From an uncultured Tropicimonas sp. (GTDB taxonomy: Bacteria; Pseudomonadota; Alphaproteobacteria; Rhodobacterales; Rhodobacteraceae), in contig CANLZY010000018.1 in assembly GCA_947495685.1 (NCBI GenBank), positions 3,244 through 67,243 of the forward strand: 64,000 bases of DNA, in the 5' to 3' direction. The notes below the pieces were generated by a model. That model saw only the letters and a list, made by a program, of their open reading frames with translations. It was not told the DNA's origin and did not search any database. A program made the position numbers and the translations under genes. Shown in pieces: positions 10,315 through 19,568 of this stretch; the first letter of the stretch is position 1, and each line of letters begins with the position of its first letter.

Positions 10315-10964
10315 TCGATCATGCATCAAAGTCAGGATTTCGCTTTGCCGATGTCAGCCTTGGTGGCGCCGATGGGCATTTCCTGCCAATTCCAAATGCA
10401 GGCGTCTCGAATGTCAGATTGATCCTTGGATCGTCGACTGCCCGACTGGTTGATCGGGAATGTGTCAATGGCAGCGTTGTGGCGCTCCTTGCAGACGCAG
10501 GTTGGAATGTGATTGGGGTCGATCCGTCGTCCGAAGGTAAATCAGCCGCAAAGATCCCCCGTCCGTCGCTGCGCCTTGAGACAGTCTCAGCCTATGAAGA
10601 CCTTGCCCCAACAATTGATCGCGTTCCCCTGGTCAAAAACCAGGAAGCTGTCGGGCACGTCAATGCACCAAGAGACTTTGCAGAAACGCAGCAAGATCGT
10701 GTCGAGCCGGACGGGACGGCTATCATTTTCAAGCCATACTATGGGTATCGCAAAAATCTTGCCCTCGCGTTGACCAACAAGATCGAAGCAAACTTCACGG
10801 CACTCTGGGGCCTCGGTCTCAAGAAGCTCTGCTCCATTCCGACCTTGTCAACGTTTGTTGAGGAGGCTGGATTCACAGGGCTCCGTTTCTTGCGTGTTGG
10901 GCGCATCCCGCTCCTGGCAAAATCGATGATCGCGACCTCCCACAAGCCGACATACTGTGACTGA
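10311..10964 (+). CDS. Class I SAM-methyltransferase-like protein with a degenerate SAM loop
   Basis: ATG 10311 overlaps the upstream stop. Methyltransferase-like layout (VIGVDPSSEG, EAVGHVNAPRDF, EPDGTAIIFKP, FVEEAGF). The position where the GxGxG loop is expected reads LVDRECVNGS. Confidence 0.55.
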   Translation: MIDHASKSGFRFADVSLGGADGHFLPIPNAGVSNVRLILGSSTARLVDRECVNGSVVALLADAGWNVIGVDPSSEGKSAAKIPRPSLRLETVSAYEDLAPTIDRVPLVKNQEAVGHVNAPRDFAETQQDRVEPDGTAIIFKPYYGYRKNLALALTNKIEANFTALWGLGLKKLCSIPTLSTFVEEAGFTGLRFLRVGRIPLLAKSMIATSHKPTYCD

Positions 10965-11040
10965 GGCAGAAATCGCGACGTAGAAACCAAGCCCTCAATG
11001 GCAGTTCATCGCCGGCAATCCCCAGAATAGGCACCGAAAT

Positions 11041-11940
11041 TTGAAGCTTACCGTCGTCATTCTCACCAAGAACGAAGAATTGCACATCAAGCGGGCGCTT
11101 TCGTCCGTGGCCGGGATAGCCGACAAGTGCTTTGTCATCGACAGTGGATCCACCGATAGAACCGTTGAACTTGCAAGGTTGGCGGGTGCTGAGGTCCTTG
11201 AGAATCCTTGGGTCAACTACGCTACCCAGTTCAACTGGGCACTTAATCAATTGCCTTCGGACACCGGGTGGGTATTGCGCCTTGATGCGGACGAGGTCGT
11301 AACGGAAGAATTGGCAGACGAGGTTCTTTCCGAGCTTCCAAACATGAGACCTGACACCGTTGGTATCTATGTTTCCCGACGCATGCATTTTCTCGGGCGC
11401 CGCATTCGGTGGGGGGGATTGTTCCCGGTGCGCGTGCTCCGTCTTTTCAAACATGGATTTGGCCGCTGCGAGAACCGCTGGATGGACGAACATGTCATGG
11501 TGGACGGAGCTACAGCGGATTTTGACGGCGAGATCGTCGACGACAATCTGAACTCACTCACTTGGTGGACCGAAAAGCACAATGCCTATGCATCCCGTGA
11601 AGTCGTGGACCTCCTGAACCTGCAATACGCATTCATGCCAAGCGAGACCGTTGCAGATCTTCGTGGCGGTCAACAGGCAGGGGTAAAACGCTGGATAAAG
11701 GAAAACATCTACTTCCGGTTACCGGGTGGGTTTCGTGCGTTTGCCTATTTCTTCTATCGGTATATCCTTCGTCTTGGGTTTTTGGATGGTCGCGAAGGTG
11801 CGGCTTTCCATGTCCTCCAGGGATTCTGGTATCGTTACCTCGTGGACGCCAAATTTTTCGAAGTACGTAAGTACATGAAAAACAACGATGTAGACGCCGG
11901 AACAGCAATTGAACGGGTGCTCGGAATTGACGTCCGGTGA
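11041..11940 (+). CDS. Glycosyltransferase family 2
   Basis: TTG start. N-terminal GT-A signature KLTVVILTKNEELHIKRALSSV...FVIDSGSTDRT. Last gene of the same-strand cluster. Confidence 0.8.
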   Translation: MKLTVVILTKNEELHIKRALSSVAGIADKCFVIDSGSTDRTVELARLAGAEVLENPWVNYATQFNWALNQLPSDTGWVLRLDADEVVTEELADEVLSELPNMRPDTVGIYVSRRMHFLGRRIRWGGLFPVRVLRLFKHGFGRCENRWMDEHVMVDGATADFDGEIVDDNLNSLTWWTEKHNAYASREVVDLLNLQYAFMPSETVADLRGGQQAGVKRWIKENIYFRLPGGFRAFAYFFYRYILRLGFLDGREGAAFHVLQGFWYRYLVDAKFFEVRKYMKNNDVDAGTAIERVLGIDVR

Positions 11941-12165
11941 CATGCGGCCGAGATGTCAAAGGCTTTGAACGACGTCAGACACTCATGGTGCTACCTCCTT
12001 AGCCACGACTACTCATTGACTTGGGCGAGATTACGGGCATCGGATCACTTTACTTCGGAGACCACAAGATCGACCATTTCGGCGATGCTCCTATGGTCTT
12101 CAACTATCAAGAACGAGGCTGCCGATGGAGGGTGCAATCGACATCAATGCATTGCTTCCCAGCAC

Positions 12166-13314
12166 CTAAGTTGCCCAAGTCGGCAGTGCATAAGCCGAAA
12201 CCAGCCGTTGCCTCACAAAAGGATCAAGAGCTTCAGGAAAAAGCTTCTTCAACAGCACCCACTCCGGCGAAGACTGATCAACCTGATAGATCTCTCCCGT
12301 TCGATGCCCGTCGATTGCCTTTCGTAGATGTTTCCCCACGCTACCTTTGAGAAGATCCCTTTGAGAGGTGTTCGAGATGAGCTCAGTCAGAAGCTGTGCG
12401 AATCCAGGAAGTGTCTTTGAACTCAGATAGGTGTTCAGCATACCTTTGATGTTGTTGTGCTCGCTTGCGTAGTTGTGGGGCTTGCCAGCAGCCTCAGCCA
12501 CGATTGAAAAGGCTGCCGCCACCAGGCGATCTACTTTCTTCCGCTCACTGAAAGCCGACAGATCGTCGACACGCAGATCTTCGATGCGGTCTCCCCAGTC
12601 ATGGAATGCCCTGAAGTATGGCCTCCGCCTGTTGGAGATCTCATCAAGTAGCGGCTTCACCAAACGATCTTCCAGGAATGGAAGCTTGGATGCCGGGATT
12701 TCCAGCTCGTCGAACCGCGCGAGGACAGACCCTTCAAATCCAACTCCATCGGACAGGCAGCAAGAAAGTACCAGCGTGTTTTCCTGACGAGAAGCCGCGA
12801 CAGCCGCCTGATCCACGACAAAAGCATTCCCTCTGTGTCGGTGGATGACGTCGGAGACTGCTTGTGGGATTTTATCAGGGTCAAAGGTGGAAAACACCCA
12901 AAGTAGCGGAATCCCTTCCTTTTCGTAGTGCACGCAACGTTGTGACACCTCCGTTTGGAAAGTGTGGGACATCTGGTATTCCACAGCAAACTGACCGAAC
13001 CCACCCCAGTCCACAAAGACGTCGGGATACCGTCCTGTGTCGGTCTTGGTGGGCGCGATGTACTGATCAACCTTCGTGCTAACACATCGCTCATCTAACG
13101 CGGCCAACTCGGCAATTAGTTCGCACATTTTCCTATGTGCCAACGACTCCTGCTGACCATGATACTGGGCAGCTCTCGCATCATCAGGTTTTAGGTTTTT
13201 CCCCGTGTACCAAGGGCAACGCGGATCGGATCCTGCATAATGGGTAAAAAACGGCAACCCGTGGGAAGTTGAGATGTAAACAGGTCCCTGGCAGGCGATA
13301 CAGCGAGCAACCAA
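12166..13314 (-). CDS. CoiA-like nuclease-domain protein with an unassigned C-terminal extension
   Basis: N-terminal CxxC...H...C cluster (C5, C8, C33) followed by a PD-(D/E)xK-like core RYPDVFVDW...FAVEYQMSH, as in CoiA-family proteins. The last ~200 aa are not recognised. TTG start is uncertain. Confidence 0.55.
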   Translation of the reverse strand: MVARCIACQGPVYISTSHGLPFFTHYAGSDPRCPWYTGKNLKPDDARAAQYHGQQESLAHRKMCELIAELAALDERCVSTKVDQYIAPTKTDTGRYPDVFVDWGGFGQFAVEYQMSHTFQTEVSQRCVHYEKEGIPLLWVFSTFDPDKIPQAVSDVIHRHRGNAFVVDQAAVAASRQENTLVLSCCLSDGVGFEGSVLARFDELEIPASKLPFLEDRLVKPLLDEISNRRRPYFRAFHDWGDRIEDLRVDDLSAFSERKKVDRLVAAAFSIVAEAAGKPHNYASEHNNIKGMLNTYLSSKTLPGFAQLLTELISNTSQRDLLKGSVGKHLRKAIDGHRTGEIYQVDQSSPEWVLLKKLFPEALDPFVRQRLVSAYALPTWAT

Positions 13315-13516
13315 ACCAGGCTTTCCATTCCGGTGATCAGTAATACCGGCCCTCAGGTGCTCTCATGCATCTCGCGGCATGGAAAGCAAGTCTTGGGACG
13401 ACAGTGGTCCCAGGTCATCAAACAGCACCTCTCGGATGATACGGCGGGGAGATCGCTTCATACCCTATTGATATCAACAGTTTCAGGCAGTTTCGAGTGA
13501 AAAGAAGCCAACTGAA

Positions 13517-14224
13517 TTATGCAGGATGTACCCCAACCCCGCGCGGCCCCTTTCGTGTGAACCGAATATCAAACTCGACATCGCGACCAGGCGCAAGGCG
13601 ATCCCAAACCTGATCATTGCTGTCGGAGGCTTGAGCATAGATGTCCTTCGGGCAATCGGTAACCTTGATGAAAACATAACCACCAAAGTCCCGGACTATC
13701 CGGCCTCGCCATCCTTGTAATGATGGTTCCAGCCATTTCTCCATCCGGCCAAGCTTGGGAAAGTACCCGCTTGGCGCACGAACATCGACATCATCCAGCA
13801 AGCTGAACGACTTCAGGAACTCCTTCGTTGCATATCGATAAGCCGCCTCCACAAATCGGGAGAAGTGCTCCCGGTCCCCGTTTACGCTGGATCGACGAAG
13901 CCATCCTATGAACGCTCTGGAAATGAACAGCGAAAGCTGCCGCCTTAACCAAGGCTGCGCAGGTCTCTCAAAACCGGGAATTGACCTTCGCAGGATTGGT
14001 CCGACGACCACTGCGCCTTGGACCGGGCTTGCCTTTTGATGGCTGCAAGCTCTCGGGCCGCGTGTGCCAAAGTGGCCAGCCCTTGATGCGCCCCGTCGCC
14101 CGGGTTTTCGCCGCAATCGACTGCCCGCCGCAGGTTCAGCACAACCATTTGGGATTGTCTGGCTTTCCAGCCATCGTTTGGTCCGCCTGAAAAACGGGAA
14201 CACCCATCCCAGTTCGTAAACCAC
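13517..14224 (-). CDS. Hypothetical protein with a C-terminal cold-shock/S1-like OB fold; start uncertain, possible frameshift
   Basis: C-terminal GRIVRDFGGYVFIKVTDCPKDIYAQ...WDRLAPGRDVEFDIRFTRKGPRGVGV has CSD-like spacing. The N-terminal ~100 aa of this frame are Arg/Pro/Gly-rich. The overlapping frame 13945..14295 reads more protein-like (GLATLAHAARELAAIKRQ). Confidence 0.35.
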   Translation of the reverse strand: MVYELGWVFPFFRRTKRWLESQTIPNGCAEPAAGSRLRRKPGRRGASRAGHFGTRGPRACSHQKASPVQGAVVVGPILRRSIPGFERPAQPWLRRQLSLFISRAFIGWLRRSSVNGDREHFSRFVEAAYRYATKEFLKSFSLLDDVDVRAPSGYFPKLGRMEKWLEPSLQGWRGRIVRDFGGYVFIKVTDCPKDIYAQASDSNDQVWDRLAPGRDVEFDIRFTRKGPRGVGVHPA

Positions 14225-14351
14225 TTCCTATAGAGGACGCAAAATCGTCGCAGCGTCACCATTGCACAAAAATGCCATCGAGGCCGCGCGATCACATTAT
14301 CAAACTCGGTTCATGCAATCGGCGAGGGTAAAACCCTCGCCGCACGCTTCA

Positions 14352-14954
14352 TCAAGCAACATCAAAAAAAAGGAACGGCGTCAGGTCAGAACCTTCGATG
14401 TCATCGGCAAGTTCCAACAGAGTTGTGTCCTTGATGGTAATCGTTCCGCCTGTCGACGTTTCGATAACCGCATTGTCACCATCTTGGAAGGCGCCGGTGA
14501 TCTCGAGGCCGTTCTTAAAGCGGATGGTGTCGATGTCGTCCTCGAAATGGAAGATCACGTCGTCATTGTCACCATCGTTGGAAGAAAACCAGAACTCGTC
14601 GGCTCCGAGCCCCCCCCCAAGCTTATCATCACCTGTACCGCCGACTATGATATCGTCACCTCTGGCGCCGAAGATGCGGTCATTCCCACTACCACCATTC
14701 AGAGTATCGTCACCTTTGCCCCCGAACAGTCTGTCTTTCCCCTCGTGACCATAGAGCAAGTCGTTGCCGTCTTGGCCATTCAAATTGTCGTTGCCCTCAT
14801 TGCCCCGCAGGTCGTCCTCACCCGTTCCACCTAGGATATAATCCTTTCCGTCAGACCCTTTGAGAAGATCATTTCCGCCTTGACCATCGATAAAATCGTC
14901 GTCGATGGTGCCTAGAATGGTTTGGCTCGTGTCGTCGCCAATAAGTATTGCCAT
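14352..14954 (-). CDS. RTX (hemolysin-type calcium-binding repeat) protein
   Basis: Tandem GGxGxDxUx nonapeptides (GGNDLLKGS, GTGEDDLRG, GNDNLNGQD, GNDLLYGHE, GKDRLFGGK, GDDTLNGGS, GNDRIFGAR, GDDIIVGGT, GDDKLGGG). An AT-rich stretch upstream (14955-15250) is a plausible promoter region. Confidence 0.85.
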   Translation of the reverse strand: MAILIGDDTSQTILGTIDDDFIDGQGGNDLLKGSDGKDYILGGTGEDDLRGNEGNDNLNGQDGNDLLYGHEGKDRLFGGKGDDTLNGGSGNDRIFGARGDDIIVGGTGDDKLGGGLGADEFWFSSNDGDNDDVIFHFEDDIDTIRFKNGLEITGAFQDGDNAVIETSTGGTITIKDTTLLELADDIEGSDLTPFLFFDVA

Positions 14955-15575
14955 GATACCCCCCCGGGAAGTTTAAAGTGTAAGAATGCAAATTCGCTCC
15001 AACGAAATCGATGTTTTGGCATAACTTGCAGTCCCGTTTTTAATTCCCTTCCCACCTTGCGTCAACTATTTTTCCCCAAGGAACCTAGCATTCTCACACC
15101 TGTAAAAGGAAATATTTTATTATATTTCAGTATATTGGCAGGACTGAAAGCAACATGCTACGGTTCACCGAGAGGATGCACAGAGGTGGCTCCGGACGGT
15201 CCATAGGTGGTTTCTCCAGCTTTGGTCGTCTGCGACCGGGACCGGCGTCAGCCTGTTGAAGTAGGCCTGATCGGGAGCTGCTCATCATGCGATCGATGCG
15301 GGCTGTGGATGCTGCAGGAACCCAGATGGAGCACAATCGAAGCACGGGCCTGCGAGACACTGGCATGGGCTCACAGGTCGACCTCCTCCTGTATTTTTGG
15401 TCCGCCAGAGACCCGCCAAGAAGACGTTGCTCCGCCAATCGCTTTTTTTCCATGCCGATGTTTTTCTCTCGTTTGGTAAGAGTTTTGGAAAGTCGGTCGA
15501 GGTCAATTGGCCGATCTGGCGGCCCTTCGAACGGTCAAGCGTGGATGTGGTGTTGCCGATCTGAATGTTTCGGCT

Positions 15576-16612
15576 TCAAGGACTGTAGAGGACCTTGCCC
15601 GCCTTGTATCGATTAAGGCAACGGACCACCTCCATCTCGGTATTTTCCTGCGCCAACCCTTTTGCGACGACGGCCTGTGTTGCCAGATCCATCCGGTGTC
15701 TGCCGATGGCGATGATGCGCAAGGCGTGGTTTACGGAGAGATCTCGGCCTTGGTTCAGCCGAAGGGGTTGGAATATGCCCGACGAAGCGAACACCGGGCT
15801 GAAGCCACAGTGTGCTGCAAACCCTGCTTCCGAATGGAGTCGTTCCACATTGACTTCAGCAGTCAAAAGCAAAGGCGCCGCAGCTACAGAGCGGACGGCC
15901 GAGCGTGCGATCAGGCCTCGTGCGAGCCATCGACAAAGGCCGCAATCATCGCTTCCAGGTCTGAAATTTCAGGGCGATCCGATGCGCCGACGCTACCTCT
16001 CGGTATGCGTCAGATAGGGCCGCCACCCCGCCAAAGTTCGGATCTGCTACAGTCCGTTCAGGGGCCTGAGCGATTCCCGCAGTTGGCCTGGCGCACTTTC
16101 GACTTTGTTCTGGGCGCACCGCAAGTCGCACCGGCACGCGGAAACGGCTTTTGTTCGAGAGCCTTTCAACATCCCAGCGCCTCGATCATTCCGCCTCGGT
16201 TTCTGAGTGTAACGGGCCGTACACCGGAAAATGCGGCGTGTCCGGAATTGATAGCGTCAAGCGTGTCGCCTTTTCAACGCCGGCGCCGGTCGACCCGGTC
16301 CGGTTCCGAGGCCTCGACCATTGTGCTGCCTGCGGCTGCCAGGTTGCCGAGCAACCCCGCACCAAAGGTGCAGGTGCAACCGTCAGCCACCCGATCGATG
16401 TTGCCGAAGGACAACATCGAGATCAGCGTTTTCTTGAAACTCTGCCGTGCTCCGGAGGAAGCTTCGTTCGCTAGGACCCAATCGCGGAGATCAACGATTG
16501 CTGCGAAGTGCAGGTCGTCATGCGTATCCGTCTTGGCGACGATTCGGGCGTAACCGTTGCCTGCGTTTTCGGACTTAGAAATCTCCAACATCCGATAACT
16601 TCGTCCCCGCAC
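15576..16612 (-). pseudogene. IS110-family transposase, disrupted
   Basis: The N-terminal DEDD-type part lies in frame 16274..16612 (ARIVAKTDTHDDLHFAAIVDLRD...EASEPD). The C-terminal Transposase_20-like part lies in frame 15576..15872 (SEAGFAAHCGFSPVFASSG...LNQGRDLSVNHALRIIAIGRHRMD...VVRCLNRYKAGKV). No single intact ORF joins them. Confidence 0.7.
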
Positions 16613-16727
16613 GGATTATCGGCTGCCTGGACAAGACAATGGGGTGCCGAAGCGCAATACGCTGCCTGAGTCACGCGCTCCGTTGAGACGGTGCCTCTCC
16701 GCACGCTGCTCACAGGCCACCGCCGGG

Positions 16728-17769
16728 TCAAGACTTTAACGATGAACTGGGTGATGGATGGAATACGTCACGTTTCTCATTCGCTTTCGTGTCTCGTTTT
16801 TCTGCTGCCGTACGAACGCGACGAGCGACAGCATTGTCGTGACAATTGCAGGGAGCGCTCATCGACCAAATCTGGTCATGAGCCCGAAGGAACGCGACCC
16901 CGTCCATTCTCGCAGAATTGGCTTCCCAGGCGCGAATGGCCCCGCACCTTTCTCTTCGACTTTCTGCGCCACGCCACCAAGAGAAACGCCTGCAAGACAA
17001 CGTCGGTCGCCGGATTTGGCTTGGATGACCAACGACACGGCGCCAGAGAAGGTCTATTGCCACGGTCAGGCAGGTGAAACCCTCCTGTGTCCGGATGCAA
17101 GAAATGTCGGTCACCCAAACCCCGTCCGGGGCCTCGGTGCCACACTGCCAATCAACCGTGTTTTCGATGACGACTGACGGCCAATCACCGGATTCCCGGA
17201 GACGGCGCTTGCGACCTATCCGTGCCTTGCCCCCCCGCCAGCCTGTTCAGGCGGGAAACACGGTTCAGCCAGATGCCGTCGCCCTGCTGGAAAAGTCGTT
17301 GTGCATTTTGCGCCTTGAGTGATTGCAAACAATATCCTGAAGGCCAATGAATGACCTTGCCGTTCCCGACGCAGACTTCCTTTCAGCAGCTCGGTCTGCC
17401 GCTTATCTTCCCAAGACCGCTTGCTCAACGACGCTTTCATCCATGCATGGAAGCCACCGGGTTTGTTGCGCCGGAATCAACACATCGCTCACACGGAAAA
17501 CTGTCCGCGATGCTCGGCCACGAATGCGAATGTCACTTTTTATCCCGGCGAAATCCGCGACCGCGGTTTCTAAGGCGTCGCGCTAATCCGGCGCCCTCAG
17601 GCGCTCTCCCGTCGGGCGCCAGATCTGGGTGTTCTTCTTCGCCTAGCCCGAGGGGGGCTTCCGCGGACATTCTCTTCCACGCGTGGAACGAATGCTGGCT
17701 CACCCAGTCCTTCTCTGAAATCTCCCTGCTCGGCAGCCCGGCTTCGTGATCTGGGTCACCGGATCCCAC
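16728..17769 (-). pseudogene. IS3-family transposase (OrfA/OrfB), heavily decayed
   Basis: Frame 16728..17114 reads TDISCIRTQEGFTCLTVAIDLLWRRVVG...SMSAPCNCHDNAV, an rve/DDE core with the catalytic HSDxGSQ region lost. Frame 17533..17769 reads ISEKDWVSQHSFHAWKR, resembling the OrfA HTH. Several frame changes. Confidence 0.65.
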
Positions 17770-17960
17770 CTGAAATCGTCACGGAACTTGTGTCGCTCAT
17801 CATGGCCACCTGTACTCGAAACCGACGAAGAAGGTGTCCGCGATACACGGACCCATTCAGGACGACGGCATCACACGGTGGATCGCGAAGTACGACTCAG
17901 CGCTCCTGGTTCAGATCATCCGCGGCAAGACGACTTGGTCGCATGCGCAACACCCACCAA

Positions 17961-19283
17961 TCACGGCAATTCGCGCATCGGCGCCCGCTCCGCCACATCC
18001 CCGGACCCGAACCCGGCCACCCCCGCAGCACTAACATACCCGGCCATCAGGAGGCCGCTGCCGGTCGCCAAGAGCGGGTCGGTCGTGATGGGTCCGCTTA
18101 TCAAGGACGGGTCCAGGTCGCTGTCCCAGGTCGCGCCGCCGTAAAGCTGGTTGTCCGCGAAGCTGGACCCGGACGCGACCAGATACCCGCTGTGGGCGCT
18201 TGTGAAGGACGTGAAGTTCGACCCTTCGACAATATTCCCTGCAAAATCAACCGCACACGCCCCGCCAAAATCCGAATTGATGTGCAGAACTGACGCGTCT
18301 TTTGCTATCCCGACAAAAACGCAATCCTGTACTGAAAACGTGTTGGGCGTGTTGCGGATGCGCGCGGTCATCTTGCCAAAACAACGCGTGAGGGAAAACC
18401 CACCCTCGGCCTCGATGTCGATGTTGATATAACAATCGGTCATGGTCAGCGAGCACAAGCCGTTCACGTCGGCGACTGGCGAGACATAGTTGGTTTCATC
18501 GCCAAGCTGGCACCGGATGAATACCTGGTTCTTGCCCTCGATCTTGTTCGTGATCGCCTCGCTGCCAACGATCACGCAATCTTCGAAGTGTTGCAGCCCA
18601 CGGGCGGATTGTATCGAACTCCCCACGCCGAAGACCGCGAATTCAAACCGGCACCGGAAGGCGTACATGATCGAGTCGTCAACATTGGCAACACACCACT
18701 TCGACCCGTTTCGGATCGTGCAGTCGTAGAGATAAGCCACGCCAGCCGCGTGACCGCTGATGCCGTCGTTCACCGTGTCAACCGTGACGTCATAGGCGCG
18801 CAGGGTCGCCGTGCCGCCGTACCCGAGGCCGTTTGGCGACCCGCCGGACGTTCCGTTGTAGTTGTAGATGGTCAGACCGTTGCCGTAGATGATCAGTTCG
18901 CCGCCATCCACGTAAATCGGGTTCTGCGCCGTTGTGCCGTTGATGGTGCCGTCCATCGTGCAGCCAGGCTCGAAGGCGATCATGATTGAATCCGTGATGT
19001 CCGCAAATTCGATGTGGTCGCCTATCTTGTCGTAAGTCCCAGCGGCCACCAGAACCCGCAGATCCCCGCCGTCAGCCTCCAGCGCTTCGATCTTGTTCAG
19101 GCTGGCCCACGCCGTTTCAGGCGTCATCCCGTCGTTGCCATCGTCTCCGTTGACGTCGTCGACGTAATAGTCATGCGCCCCCGATAGGCCGTAGTAGGGT
19201 GACGATCTCAGATCACTTCCGGCAAATCGCCGCGACACGATAGACCGCACCAACGGGCGCGACAGGCTCATTTCAATCGACAT
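17961..19283 (-). CDS. Right-handed parallel beta-helix protein (pectate-lyase-fold / DUF1565-like)
   Basis: N-terminal lead-in YYVDDVNGDDGNDGMTPETAWASLNKI, then Gly/Asn/Thr/Val-rich periodic strands typical of beta-helix carbohydrate-active or tailspike-like proteins. No obvious signal peptide. Confidence 0.65.
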   Translation of the reverse strand: MSIEMSLSRPLVRSIVSRRFAGSDLRSSPYYGLSGAHDYYVDDVNGDDGNDGMTPETAWASLNKIEALEADGGDLRVLVAAGTYDKIGDHIEFADITDSIMIAFEPGCTMDGTINGTTAQNPIYVDGGELIIYGNGLTIYNYNGTSGGSPNGLGYGGTATLRAYDVTVDTVNDGISGHAAGVAYLYDCTIRNGSKWCVANVDDSIMYAFRCRFEFAVFGVGSSIQSARGLQHFEDCVIVGSEAITNKIEGKNQVFIRCQLGDETNYVSPVADVNGLCSLTMTDCYINIDIEAEGGFSLTRCFGKMTARIRNTPNTFSVQDCVFVGIAKDASVLHINSDFGGACAVDFAGNIVEGSNFTSFTSAHSGYLVASGSSFADNQLYGGATWDSDLDPSLISGPITTDPLLATGSGLLMAGYVSAAGVAGFGSGDVAERAPMRELP

Positions 19284-19568
19284 TCTTTGTCTCCAGGGCA
19301 GATTCCGGCATATTCAATCGCCGGAGACTGGGGATCAGGTTAACGGAGCGTCCGTTGTTCGACTGTTCCAGGTCCCCCGTTTTTTTTGATCTACCTTGGT
19401 CACTACCTGCAACGACAGCCGGTTGACGAACTCGATGGCATGTATGTGGTCCTCTAGAAGATCTCGATCGCGGTTGCGCTGTCGGCCCCAACTCAATCTA
19501 GATTTCGACAGCCTCAGAGCGCCCGCAACCGCAGAAAGCCAGGTTTCGACGACTGGCTGGGCCTGATG

